DNA of 64,000 nucleotides from Batkoa obscura (Eukaryota): NCBI GenBank assembly GCA_030770535.1, contig JASVEC010000003.1, positions 806,001 to 870,000 of the forward strand, read 5' to 3'. Shown piece by piece: positions 52,007 to 64,000 of this stretch (position 1 is its first letter; each line of letters starts with the position of its first letter). The notes under the pieces were generated by a model. It saw only the letters and a program-made list of their open reading frames with translations, ran no database searches and was not told where the DNA came from. The position numbers and the translations under genes were made by a program.

Positions 52007-53618
52007 TTTCGAACCATTCGAGATTTTCGCTTCTTTCTCTTCTAGTTTTATTTCTTTCTCTTCAAGTTTCATCTCCTCCTCTTCTATCTTTATTTTTTTT
52101 TTTTTGTTTTCTTCTAATTGATTCCACAATTTATCGTCTTCATTTTCTGATTCGATTGTATCCGCTTCCTCTTCTAAAAATAAATTAGTTATAGATCCTT
52201 ATTCATTATCATTATGTACCTTTTACTAAAAAGCATGAGGCTGTCTATGAAAACATTTACTATGATTTTTACTGCTATTATGAATTAAACTACCTGTTTT
52301 ATATAAATTTTTTGAATTACTGTATGATCTTTTGCATGATGTAAATAGAGATTTCTATCAATTGTAAGAGAGAAAATTATATTATTCTGGCAACTCAATT
52401 GAGTTACTGTTGCAGAAAATCCACCATAACTTGCGATTTGACGGCCAGAAGCATTTATCACTTTTACATTACCAGTATTTGTGGAAACAAAGTAGCCACT
52501 AAAAATTATGAACTTATGAATTATAAAACATAGTTGTTTAATTACTTTTCATCTTCATTCAAAAGTATTTTTTGGCATGGTCCCTCAAATATCTGGAAAT
52601 CATATACAGGCCTTCTCTTTTTTTTAATATGATACTCTCTTAACTAAATTGGTAAGCATATGTAGCATCATACTATTTTAAACTTACCTGTCCATAATGT
52701 GTAACAATGGCGACTTTGTAGCCTTGTTCTGTATCTTTATAAAATCTTAAATCATTGACACAAACTTTAACTCTTAAATCTAGTTTGTCGTGAGGTACCT
52801 AAAGGCTAATTAGTAGTGAAAATAAAATATAATAAAGCTTACATTCTTGGCCATGAATATCTGGTTTGGTCCTTCAGGTTTGTGTTCCCATACTTGAAGC
52901 TCTATCTCGTCCCCACCCGTGGCAAAAGCAACTTTTTCTTTATCAGGGTGTCCTCTAAATACTTTTAATCTATCTTTAATATCGGTTTTAAATAATTGGT
53001 AACTTTTTATCTCGGCTTCAAGGTCCTATGTTATAATTTAGTATAAATTAATTAAATTAGTGGATTTACTTTATTTAATTTAATTTGATACAATGTTCCG
53101 TTTGATTTACATGCTAAAATAAATCTTATATAGACGTTAGAATATTTTAATAAAAAAATATTGTTACTTTTTAAAACAAACCATCCCTATCCACTTTGTT
53201 TTCTCATCATTTTTAGAATCTTCTTTATCAAACTCGATCGAATTAAAAACATATTTAGGTTCAAATTCCTCATTATCAGTTAGTTCTATAGTAAGATCTT
53301 TCCTTGCAATCCAGATCTAAAATTTATAAGTAAGCTGTTCTCCCTATTATATATTTAAGTACCATCTCATTATCAGTTTCGTTTATTATATTCTCTTCTA
53401 AAACTTGAACCTCTTTTGTCTTTTCTACTTTTCCTTTTGTTGACATTGTAACGCTGGTTTGTTTGTGTTGAAACATTTGCTTTTTAACCAAATATTTCTC
53501 AGCGACCAACTTCGATTTAGGTATTTGTATAACTAACACATTAGTTTGAGCTTCTGTGATATGTACCAGCTTAGTTACCTCTAATTAATCCAGTATTGTG
53601 TCCTACAATTATTTTCAT
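51992..53618 (-). CDS. NSA1: 60S ribosome biogenesis WD40 protein Nsa1/WDR74, multi-exon
   Basis: MKIIVGHNTGLIR start; FATGGDEIELQVW, IFMAKN-VPHDKLDLRV, RRPV, acidic tail with DKLW. Confidence 0.88.
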
Positions 53619-55630
53619 TTTTTATAAATCAAAGAAAGTTAATTTATTCTTTTCTCAAACTTTATTTTTCGAAATTTGGATAACTCAATTTAGAATTTGA
53701 TTTGAGAATTAATATAAAACTGTGCATCTTAAATCTTTACTCAAATAAATGTTTTTATATATCTAAAATTTCATATCTATGTTTTTTAACAGAGGATTTA
53801 ATTTAAAGAATGTTTGGTTAATATGGACTATAATAGGAAACATTTGAAATTGCGTCTTTTTAAAAAATACAATATTCTCATTTAGAAATCCAACCCTTAT
53901 GAAATCAAAGCAAAGGACTTTATTTTATGTAATACACTTTATTAGTGTTATTATACTCAAAACTAGCATTAAGAGCTCTTTGCCCTTCAGGCTCAAAGCG
54001 AAACGCTTAAACTTTAGTAGTAATTGTTTTATTACTATCGATGCAAGCTCTTTACAAACGTGGGTACGAAACCTTTACCATTAAGTTTAAAGTATTGTAG
54101 ACTTTTGCAATATTTATATAGCTACATTGTATTTAAATAGCTATCAACTTCCTTTTGGATACCAAAAATGGCAGAGTTTATTTTAATTATAAGGTTTATT
54201 TAAGGAACTCAGTCAGCTGTATGATCCTTATATAATTTAGAATACATTGTATCAAATAACTTTAATTTTAAAATACTGTATATTAAAATGAGATTCTCTA
54301 TAAAGTTGAATCAATTTTCAAGCACGTCCTCATTTGAACATTGACATTGAAATTGTTATATAATGCTATACAATGCTATACAATGCTTTTTTTGTAATGT
54401 ATTGACACCTTACACTTATAAATTGAGTGCCAAGATTGTATTCTTTAAGAAGCCTCAGTTCATTAATATTACCAATACATATAAGTGTAATTAGTTTCAT
54501 GTTTAAGTGCGATATTATTTAAACTGTTAACTTATCAATATAAAAAGACGCAGTGGTTCAAAGCCAGTCAAATTAGAAGCTATACATATAAATTTACATT
54601 GAAATAAGCTATTACTTTGGTTTAAATCTATTTAAACGTGATCTTTAAGTTAGTGCTTTATTATCTAAAAAATACAAATATGCGGGAGTAAATGTATTTA
54701 CTGTTGAGAAGTTGAAAACTCAGGTACTACCTCCTGCTAATTTCTAGAACTGTAATATATCGCCAAAATTAAAGATAGAGGGTTTAAAGTGAGCAAAAAA
54801 TCTTAGAATAAGATTTGTTAGTAGTTTGAAGATGATGAGGATCTCACAATCTGCATACTAAATGGGCATACTAAATGAATGACTCTAAATAATACTATCG
54901 AATTAACACAAATCATCCCTTACGTATAATGTCATTGTAGAAAGTGATATTATTGCTACTTATTTCTTGGTAGTAATTAAGATTCACTTGCTAGAAAACA
55001 AGCAAGTAAATCTTAGCTTGCTACATAATCAAAAAATACATTTAGGTATATGTTTTGTTTGAACATATATGTAATTAAAGATAAAAGTAATAGAGCTCAG
55101 ATATATGTAAATCCCAAAAGCAGTAAATTTAGCCAGAATCAGATAAAGTATCTCTAAACAGCTCAAGGAGTAGTACATGCAAGAGGATTTAAGCTCCTAA
55201 ACCTTGCGTACTGTGCTTTTATTATTTCACAATACTTTAATGAATAGAAGTTAAGTAAAGCCGACCTATGATCATCAAAAGTGTATATGACTTTTTGCAT
55301 CATGATACTAGATCATGTGATGCTATACTTTATCCAAAATTATAATGGCGGTGGCTTTAAAATTAGTTCATGATATGCGTAAGCTATATTTTATAGCTCA
55401 ATATAACGTTGGAACCTTCCGAAATTTAAGCATTTTAACGAATTTGAACTATAAATATAGAGGGCTAAAGAATAGCAACCTGATTAATGTTCTTTTTTAA
55501 ATTTAGCAGTTGCCGTATTCCTCATCAAATCTGATTGGGTATAGTACTATCTCAATAATAAAATGATATAAATAGAAAGCTGATGTAACAATCTCAAACT
55601 ATTTTATAACATAAATTTTATAGCTACCCA

Positions 55631-56035
55631 ATGATATATAATATCCAGACTGAAAGAAACAACAAAATAAAATATACCCTTCCGATAGCAAGTATACATC
55701 AACCCGAGCTAATAAAACTAAATAAAAGTGGAGAAACTGAACTTATATGTCCCTATGAACAAAAGAAAGTCACAACTGAGTTAACGATTGATCGCAATAT
55801 TGAAACTAAATTAATAATAGGATTTCTTTATTACCAAACATTTCCAATATTTTTCTACAACACCAACAACTACCCAGAAAGTTTTACACAGTTCATTTTG
55901 ATCTTGGTTTATTTTTTCTTTCCTGTGATAATATTATCTTGGCTAGCTCTTTGGGATATGAGAGAGATACATGTCTGCCCCTCTTGTTATAAGAATATAG
56001 CAGTGTACTCTAAACGCTCAAACTATTTTATTTAA
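55631..56035 (+). CDS. LITAF-like membrane Zn-ribbon protein, first CxxC degenerate
   Basis: LICPYEQKKVTT, then a long hydrophobic segment, then HVCPSCYKNIAVY. Confidence 0.6.
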   Translation: MIYNIQTERNNKIKYTLPIASIHQPELIKLNKSGETELICPYEQKKVTTELTIDRNIETKLIIGFLYYQTFPIFFYNTNNYPESFTQFILILVYFFFPVIILSWLALWDMREIHVCPSCYKNIAVYSKRSNYFI

Positions 56036-56524
56036 TTTTTATTCCGTTTATTGATTAATAAAGTTATTGTATTATGCCATTTAAACCATGTTTGGTTGTT
56101 AACAGTTTAATTAATTCAACAGCTCTTTAATGAATTATTTTGTTTTATAATAAACCAACACTTGGACTTTAACTACATAATATAATATATTATACAGAAG
56201 GCAGTTAATAGAGATATTAGTAATTTACATTAATAATCTCAGCTTTTTTATAGCAAATTGATTTAATCACATTTAATTAATCTGCTATCAAATCATCGAA
56301 GAATGGTTGTATAAAAACTAATGTTTTCTTTTAAAAAGTATATATAATTATAATCAAACCAATACAAATAATATGTTTTTATACATTAAATGTTGGGCTT
56401 TATATTATGTTCTTTTTAATAAGCATCGTTATAAAATTTTATTTACTGGTAGCATCTCTGTAGTTATTTGAGTTTAAATCTATGTGACCTATATTCGATT
56501 AAAACCATATTTCGGTCAGTATAT

Positions 56525-56621
56525 CGGGGTGTTTTTTGGCTTCATTATTTTTTCCATTTTTCAAGCACTATTTGAGCGGAAAAATTGTTGGTAAAATTGT
56601 TAAACATGAAAACATATCCTC
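56525..56621 (-). mobile_element. MITE family A
   Basis: Reverse orientation; ATAT flanks. Confidence 0.87.
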
Positions 56622-56832
56622 ATATGGTTTATAGTTTAATAAATTTTTAATATTTTTAATATTTTTAATGAAAAATCTATTTTTATAGTGAAAAATGTTT
56701 TTCTAATCATTTTAAGATTACAAACTATTTAATTATAAAATACATCGCTAACTACTTCACAATAGAGCTGCAATGGTTGCTATTTTGTTTTAACTGAAAA
56801 AAGGAAGTTATTGGTTGCAGCAATAAGCATTT

Positions 56833-56929
56833 GGGAATATATTTTTTGTTTGAGAATTTTACTAACAACCTTTCTGCTCAAATAGCGCTTAAAAAATAAA
56901 AAAGTAATGAAACCAAAAAAAACATCCTC
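56833..56929 (+). mobile_element. MITE family A
   Basis: Core match; flanks ATTT/AAAT. Confidence 0.85.
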
Positions 56930-57140
56930 AAATAATACAAATCTTCAAATTTAATTTTTTACTAAAATGTTTAAAAATGTTAACTGTATTTTTTACTAGT
57001 AAAGTTTTGAGATAAAAAATAAACATTTGAAAATAATGTCACATTAATTGAAGCACTACCAGTAAATTTTTAATGCTTTCAAAAATAATTTAAAATCATA
57101 TTCAATTAAATACTAAAAAACCAAGCATCTGTTGCAAACT

Positions 57141-57237
57141 GGTTGGTATTTTTTTTGTTTATGAATTTTACTATCAATTTTTCCACTCAATAGCGCTCAA
57201 AAAATGAAAAAAAAATGAAACTAGAAAATACATACTC
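57141..57237 (+). mobile_element. MITE family A, degenerate
   Basis: Core gaattttactatcaatttttccactcaatagcgc; decayed TIRs. Confidence 0.8.
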
Positions 57238-58455
57238 ATTTTGACAAAATAAGAACTTAAAGATAAAGTGCTCTTATTGTTATTCTTTTTCAATTAATAT
57301 TTATATAACATTATATCTTATTTTGATTTTACTACTAAAAACTCAAAAGAATGATAAAGTTCACTGCACATGAGGATTTTATTATTAACTTTATTAAATT
57401 AATACTTTAATTAAAAGGTTGACTAATTTATACAAACAATTGAACTGTTAGAAACTTAATAGTTTCAGTTGATGTAATTTTCGTAGGAGATCCCATGTTT
57501 AATTTTAAAACAAAAGTTAAAAATCAAATATAAAATTTAAATTGATACATTGATAATTTTCATTATAATAATAAAATACTATTTATATAATATTCATTGA
57601 AATAAAAGTTATAATAAGATCATAACTGATTTTATTATTTTTTTTGTTCTTTTTATTTTATAATTTTTAAGTTGATTTTAAATTTTTAAAAATTTAAAAA
57701 TTAAGAAATTTATAAAAAACTATTTTAGTCAAATTATGAAAATTTCATTAGAGCTTTTAAATTAACATTTAATTTAAAATTTGAGATAGAGCTTGAATTA
57801 ATGGTTATAATTCCTGCTATAATTTAAAAATTAATATGATCAATATAAAATTTAAAAATGATAATTTGTTTTTGACAGCTATAGTTCACAGTTATATAAA
57901 GCAGAACCTATTAAAACTAAACTCACCTTAGAATCAAATTAAATAGAACAATGAAACAACAAAATCTTTATATTTAATTTAATCAAGCACTAAAAAAACG
58001 TCAAATAAAGTGTTTGAAAATAGATTAAGCAATATGATTAAAATTAAGAACTTCAATGGCACATTTTACTCCTTATTTTTTTCTTTAATCTTTTCTCAGC
58101 TTAGTTTATTAATTCTTGTTTTAATCCTTTCATAGAATCTAATAAATGCCAGAAAGTACTAGGAGCAATACAAGAATGCTGCACTACTGGAAAGATATTT
58201 ATATAATATCTATTTATAACTCAAATAATAAAAAGATTTACTTATATCCAACAATGGCAAAATTTAAAAATAGATTAATAATTCATATTCTTATGCGCAA
58301 TTACTTAAAATTTTATTGAAGTGTGCTCATTACCATTTTAATCAGTACGTATTATTATAAAATTCTAAAAATAAGTTTAATAAAGTTTTCACAAGCAGTA
58401 TATAAACCTCACAATTACATACTAATTTTTTTACCTTTATCAATCTTAAATAATA

Positions 58456-58953
58456 ATGTACAAAATCGTTACTTCCGTAATTACTGCTCTTTTAGTTTCC
58501 TCCAGCTTAGCTTTAGACTGGTCCCACAAATGCGATGTTGTTGATGGAAGAGTCAAAGGAGCCAACGGTAAAGATCAATATGTCTTCACCTGCAAATGTA
58601 CCTCTGACTACTTTGGAAGAAAAGTAGAATTATCTTGCGGAGGTACCACTGACACTAAACAATCTAGCTGTCAATCTGATTTTGCTTACTCCCAAGATAA
58701 GTGGGTCAATGCTATTGTAAGAAAATGTTCAGCTGATTCCGTTGTTATCGATACTTATGTTAACCGTGGTACTACTGAGCATTACGAGTTCCCTCTTACT
58801 TGTCAATACCAAGCTTACAGCAGAGTTTGCCATGGTGAAAAAATTCTCCAACAAACTACCTCAGCTCAAACCACTCCAGCTACTTCAACTCATAGTGTCC
58901 CAGTTACCGCCTCCAAAAAGCCAAAATGCACTGGTAAACATTATAAATATTAA
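58456..58953 (+). CDS. Small secreted Cys-rich protein with Thr-rich linker
   Basis: Signal peptide ending SSSLA; 9 Cys; TATATAAA at ~58398. Confidence 0.85.
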   Translation: MYKIVTSVITALLVSSSLALDWSHKCDVVDGRVKGANGKDQYVFTCKCTSDYFGRKVELSCGGTTDTKQSSCQSDFAYSQDKWVNAIVRKCSADSVVIDTYVNRGTTEHYEFPLTCQYQAYSRVCHGEKILQQTTSAQTTPATSTHSVPVTASKKPKCTGKHYKY

Positions 58954-59941
58954 ATAGTTATAATATCATTTAACTTGAATAATCTCTGTGTTTCTTTGTT
59001 TTGAAATTAATAAACGATTAAATTAAAGCTTTATCATTATTAAACTCCTATTTGTAAAATTTACAAGAAAATGCTAATCAGTCTTGATCCTAGTTATGAT
59101 AAATTGAACAAAATTCGTATTATTTTCAAAAACACTTTAGAGCCTAAAAGGGGTATAGAACCAGCATCAAACAAATCAAAGGTGGTAGACGTTCTGTTAC
59201 AACCAGGTGTAGTTTAAAATTTATCTATAATCATCAGTGATAGGCTATTGAGAAACGTAGTAACTGTTAATGTTTATAAAATTACTACTCTGGTGTTAAA
59301 AAAACATACATAACATATGATACATTTGTAGCCTTACTTCTTTATTGAATAAGAGGTAGCTAAGTCCTACTTTTCATAACTATAAACTTATGAGATACTT
59401 GGGCTTCTATTTGAGGTAAACTAGATTGATTATAGTAACTTGATGAATTTGAGCTTTGAATCGATTAGTCTTCACAATAACGACAGTAATAAAGGGTATT
59501 AATAAAGTATTTTGGAAAGCAGTTCGATCAGCGTTCAGGCCACAATGTATGGTACAACCATATGAATCAATTCGGACCCATTTCATACATCTCTATAATA
59601 CATCAAGATGAAAACAGTATTGATTCTCTTTATCTCTAAACAATATAAAGTTTTATTTTAGTTATCCAACGATACCAAAATAAATAAATTAAAAAGAGAT
59701 AAATCCACTTCAACTACTTAAAATAGAAAAGATTCATTAAAATCTTTTTGTTAATGGAAATTAAATCTTAGCTAAAAATTAATTTCCTTTAAACAACAGT
59801 CTTAAAAAGTTTGAAGTTAAAACAATAAAATATTAAAAAAACTATAATTATGATTTAGTTTCATTTATCTCTTTTTCTTACTTTTTATTATTATTTAAGC
59901 ATATTAATCTTCCTTTTTGATCTTGAATTCTATTTTGAACT

Positions 59942-61345
59942 ATGCTAAAAGGAAATTCTTCCAGCACCATAAGTCCAAAAATTAATTCCTTACGAGAGCA
60001 GGAGGGCACCAGCTCACGTAGAAATAGCCTTAGAAAAAAGCTATCTATCAACTCTTTGTATAAACCATTTCAATGGCTAGGAACTAGGAGGAACAGTTTA
60101 AGCGGGTGGATCGATGACCTAAACTCCAAGCCGGAAAAATCGAGGAAGGATAGCTTATTCATTAGTGTCAAAGATGGTGAGGATGAATCGCCTATATTCG
60201 ATTCAAAGATTTTAGAAGCATCACCTATCCCTACATTAAAAGAGATACCCGAAGTACCTATAATTGACAACGTTGACATGGGTACCGATTTTTTCATTGA
60301 AGTGACCAAAGCAGCGAACCGAAAGCTGGATGATGGTTATGTAATACCCCTTCAATCCAAAGTACCTTCCCCGCTATGTGAAATTGATCCAACGATCGCA
60401 AAGACTTTAAACGAGCAAGGCAGAGCCTTTTTACAGTCTCCAGATCCAATCACCACCCAGTTTCCAACAGAAGTGATCAAACGTCAAAAGAGTTGTGAAA
60501 TGGCAACTATGCCTTTAATTAGTATCTTAGAGAAGAGTATGGAAGATGATTTGAAGCAAGAAACTGATGACAACCCAAAACTAAAGCCATCAATACCAAA
60601 GAAAAGTAGCAAACGTCGATTAAATAAAAGCAAAAGTTTATTTGATGTAAAGATACCAAGTGGCGTTTTTTCTCCTTTTTCACCAAGTCCTAAGCTTGAT
60701 GAAGGCAAGACATCTCCAGAAGAGTCAGTCACTGAGACAGAAATAGCTAAAAACCCAGTTGAAGTTCAAGAGGGATCCAGATTATCGAATGAAACTATTA
60801 GATTAGTTGAAAAACCTATTTTTGATATCCAAAGGCAGAGTTTTTACTCGATAAATGATATTGAGGGCCCTTATTTTAAAGCCTATAATGAGGACTTTAT
60901 TTGTGGACCAATGACCTCCGATTTATATACAATTTTAGATTTCCAATTTGATGAGTTATCCTTAAAATCTTTTGATAATGTAAGTGTCAAAGACAACCCC
61001 GACTTGAAGTCCCTAAGCACCGGAAAAATCCACAACGATATCTTAAGTGATATCAGTAGTCAAAGCAGTGCAACTGAAAAATTACTCTTAGAATCCACTT
61101 TAGAAACTCAACCTAAAAACTTTAATTGGCGAGCCTCCCTATTTGAAGCCGAGCTTAATAAATCGATTTTGTTTGCTCCAACCACCCCAGATCTAAATTA
61201 CTTGCCTGATCGCTTTAAATTCCGCCAATACAGAGAAGCCAAGCTAAATGAACTGAATCAAAGTTTAACTTTAGGTACCACCCCTACATCTTTAATTCCA
61301 CCTCCAATGACTACCCTATCTTCATTCTCCAAATTTTTTACATAA
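59942..61345 (+). CDS. Hypothetical Ser/Pro-rich disordered protein, 467 aa
   Basis: Long intronless ORF, visibly more GC-rich than its flanks; RRNS x2 and SP motifs; no recognised domain. Confidence 0.75.
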   Translation: MLKGNSSSTISPKINSLREQEGTSSRRNSLRKKLSINSLYKPFQWLGTRRNSLSGWIDDLNSKPEKSRKDSLFISVKDGEDESPIFDSKILEASPIPTLKEIPEVPIIDNVDMGTDFFIEVTKAANRKLDDGYVIPLQSKVPSPLCEIDPTIAKTLNEQGRAFLQSPDPITTQFPTEVIKRQKSCEMATMPLISILEKSMEDDLKQETDDNPKLKPSIPKKSSKRRLNKSKSLFDVKIPSGVFSPFSPSPKLDEGKTSPEESVTETEIAKNPVEVQEGSRLSNETIRLVEKPIFDIQRQSFYSINDIEGPYFKAYNEDFICGPMTSDLYTILDFQFDELSLKSFDNVSVKDNPDLKSLSTGKIHNDILSDISSQSSATEKLLLESTLETQPKNFNWRASLFEAELNKSILFAPTTPDLNYLPDRFKFRQYREAKLNELNQSLTLGTTPTSLIPPPMTTLSSFSKFFT

Positions 61346-61423
61346 TACTTAAATAAAATTTATTTTAAAGTTACAAGCAATTTATATTATTTATTTAAAT
61401 TTAGTATAAAACAACCCCCAATA

Positions 61424-61882
61424 TTAATCAAAACTATATATAAGATTGTCTTCATTTTGGATACGTTTAGTTCTTGAATCACAATTAAGATAGACTGAAG
61501 AACTTTGAGAGCAGGTCCAAAACCCATTCTCAAATTGATCATAGTACATGACACCTTCCTTACATTGGTGACTGTTATTATCTACATTAAGCTCACCTTT
61601 ATACGCCCCTAATAGAATTCTAGAAGATGCTACATCGTCGGATAAGACATGGAGATGTTTTTTTTTGGTTTCATCGCTTTTTCCATTTTGTAAGCGCTGT
61701 TTGAGCGGAAAAATTGTCGGTAAAATTACTAAACAAAAAATACATCCCCACATATTTAGGAGCAGATGCACTGCTTAAGCCTGAATCTCCCTGGTTTTTA
61801 GCAATGTTGGCTTTGCTCTCTTGGATAATGGATTTGATGTCCTTTTGGAGGCAGACAATAGAAGGATAGCTTGAAACTTCAT
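61424..61882 (-). pseudogene. Dead paralog of the CBM19-like gene
   Basis: MKFQAILL start at 61882; frameshifting deletion in the signal peptide; MITE insertion; two Cys lost. Confidence 0.85.
61651..61749 (-). mobile_element. MITE family A inside the CBM19-like pseudogene
   Basis: ACAT duplicated; the paralog at ~62965 shows the empty site. Confidence 0.93.
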
Positions 61883-62523
61883 ATTTTAGCAGAATATATT
61901 TTTTGTTATAACAAATTGGAGTAACATGGTTTGTTTTAAAAATAATTTATTGGTAAGTTTTTCTATGTTTGTATCTTTTTTACTAAAAAATTAAATAGTA
62001 TTGATTGCAATAACAGATTTTTTTTTCGTTAAATTCTTATTTTGCATCTTCTTGTTATTGAATGATTACACCAGGTAGCCTAATTTTATTAGGAATTGTT
62101 TTAAAAACCTTAAAAGGCTGTTAGAATGCAAAATCAATAATAATTAATTATTATAAAAATACTAAAAAATATCCAGGAACTTATTTTTAACTTTTAAGTT
62201 TAATAATATTAGATTTTCATTTTTATATTATAAACAAATCGTTAATAGATTATCTATTTTAAATTACTTTTGTAATACTAATTACATTATTTAACTTTTT
62301 AAGATTAATTTAAGTTTATAAAAAATAAATATTTATATTTTAAACTTTTTAATAACAGATTATCTTGTACAATGGATTGAAACAGCTAATAGATACAGTG
62401 AGACTATTTTACCATTTTGATATCATACTATTATCTTTTAAATATTGCTAAAAAAGTAAAAAAGTAAAAAGTAAAAATATTATAATTATTTTTTATTTAA
62501 AAAATCAGTTTATTATAATATAT

Positions 62524-62619
62524 GAGGATTTTTTTTTGGTTTCATCGCTTTTTCCATTTTTTAAGCGCTACTTGAGCGAAAAGATTGTTAGTAAAATTCT
62601 TAAACAAAAATACATCCCC
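62524..62619 (-). mobile_element. MITE family A
   Basis: Reverse orientation; flanks ATAT/ACAT. Confidence 0.88.
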
Positions 62620-62746
62620 ACATTCAAACAAAATCTTTTTTCATTTATTATATAGATTTTTTATACATTTGGATGAAATTTCGCAAATTGAAAATTATTT
62701 TTTATATAAATATTTATTTACATTTAATATAAAATGACCCTGAAAA

Positions 62747-63133
62747 TTAAGCATAATCACAATAAAGGTTACCTCCATTTTGGACGCATTTAGTTCCCGG
62801 ACCACAGTTACGATAGACCCAAGAGCCTTGAGCACAAGTCCAAAATCCATTTCCAGAGTAATCACAATACATATCACCTTCTCTACATTGATTGTTGTTG
62901 TTAGCTACATTGAATTCACCTTTATATGCTCCTAACGAGGTTTTAGAAGGTGCAATATCATTAGATAATATATATTTGGGTGCAGCTACATTGCTTGAGC
63001 TCGAGCCTCCGTGCTTTTTAACAATATTGGCTTTACTCTCTTGGATGATGGATTTAACGTCTTTCATTGAGTTGGTGCCAGCTGCAAGAGCAGAGATAGA
63101 GGTAGCTAATAAAATAATGGCCTGAAATTTCAT
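62747..63133 (-). CDS. Secreted protein with a C-terminal CBM19-like chitin-binding module
   Basis: Start ATG 63133 (MKFQAIILLATSISALA); C..G.MYC...GFWTCAQGSWVYRNCGPGTKC resembles fungal CBM19-like modules. Confidence 0.72.
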   Translation of the reverse strand: MKFQAIILLATSISALAAGTNSMKDVKSIIQESKANIVKKHGGSSSSNVAAPKYILSNDIAPSKTSLGAYKGEFNVANNNNQCREGDMYCDYSGNGFWTCAQGSWVYRNCGPGTKCVQNGGNLYCDYA

Positions 63134-64000
63134 TGTTTGATAGAATAGCAATTTTTTTGTTATAATGAATTGGAGTAGTAAGCCCTTCCTATTTATACTA
63201 CATTTTTTAATAGTTTGATATTATTCATTTAATAGTCAAAGTTTAAAATAGAATCAAAGCTTGAACTTTAGTTTTAAATTAATAGTCTGTACTATTTTCG
63301 TTCGTTCTGGCATGAATTTATTTTAAAAATACTTTACTTATGCTGCTTTGCTATTCCATTCTCCATTTAAAAATACTATCTTATTACAATAAAACATTCT
63401 GACCGAATTATATAGGCTTATTTATATCATCTTTATCTATTTAATTAGTTTTGTCGTAATCCTAAAAGGATCATAGCTATCGTTACTTGTATTTTATTTG
63501 ACACTATCCATCGTACATCTGATAAATAACTCCCTCTTTAGAGGACAAAGTGTATAATATAGTATAAAAGTAAGACGCTACTTTTGAAACCAATGAATAG
63601 AAAATTCTTTAACACTTTGTAAGAACTCTTAATATCACTAAAATATAATTTCTGACACTATACGAAATAATAATAAATGTCAAAGTTCAAATTAAATATT
63701 TCTATATGCGCTTTTCATACAGTCTATTTTTAAGTTACTAATTTTGGTTGATGAATTGACTCAACTAATCAAGTTGTTTGTAATGTTTCAATACACTTTC
63801 GTACACATAAAATCGGCTTAAGGTAAGGGACTGCAGCATTACCAATAATTTATGTAGGAATAATTTCTTAAAATATTAACTGTTGCAGCCAGTAATTTAT
63901 TAGTTTTTATGTGCACGAAAATGTATCGAAGCATTCTGAACTACTTAATAAAATAAATTCAGTCCATAGAAGCTATTGAATAATGATAGTTGCTAAAAAT

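Noticed and set aside
60070..60732. Antisense ORFs in the 467 aa gene, and similar short antisense ORFs elsewhere
   Set aside because: Shadows of sense-strand genes with no independent support.
61424..61771. 115 aa ORF as a real gene
   Set aside because: Chimera of MITE sequence and the pseudogene 3' half; no signal peptide.

Overview
Very AT-rich eukaryotic DNA with short (about 45-100 nt) GT-AG introns, most consistent with an early-diverging fungus (Zoopagomycota, Conidiobolus-like; inference). Two compact housekeeping blocks (Spc7/KNL1-like, Mic12-like, RRS1 at 1-6.2 kb; TFIIIC-90/Sfc9-like and NSA1 at 49.7-53.6 kb) bracket an accessory region built by local duplication. It holds (i) six same-strand Tc1/IS630-type (D34E) transposase-like genes, two intact and four decayed, all with Asn in place of the first catalytic Asp and no visible TIRs, suggesting a domesticated family; (ii) a 22.6 kb cluster of eleven secreted Pro/Tyr-rich genes built on PPxY-type repeats (8 intact, 3 pseudogenes); (iii) tRNA-Leu(AAG); (iv) two Git3/cAMP-receptor-like GPCR paralogs with 1 versus 4 introns. 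The right end has a LITAF-like gene, a secreted Cys-rich protein, a disordered protein and a CBM19-like gene/pseudogene pair. A ~98 bp MITE with 4-bp target duplications occurs 16 times, three times inside dead genes; other hairpin elements are also present. All calls are by-eye motif recognition; no database searches were run.
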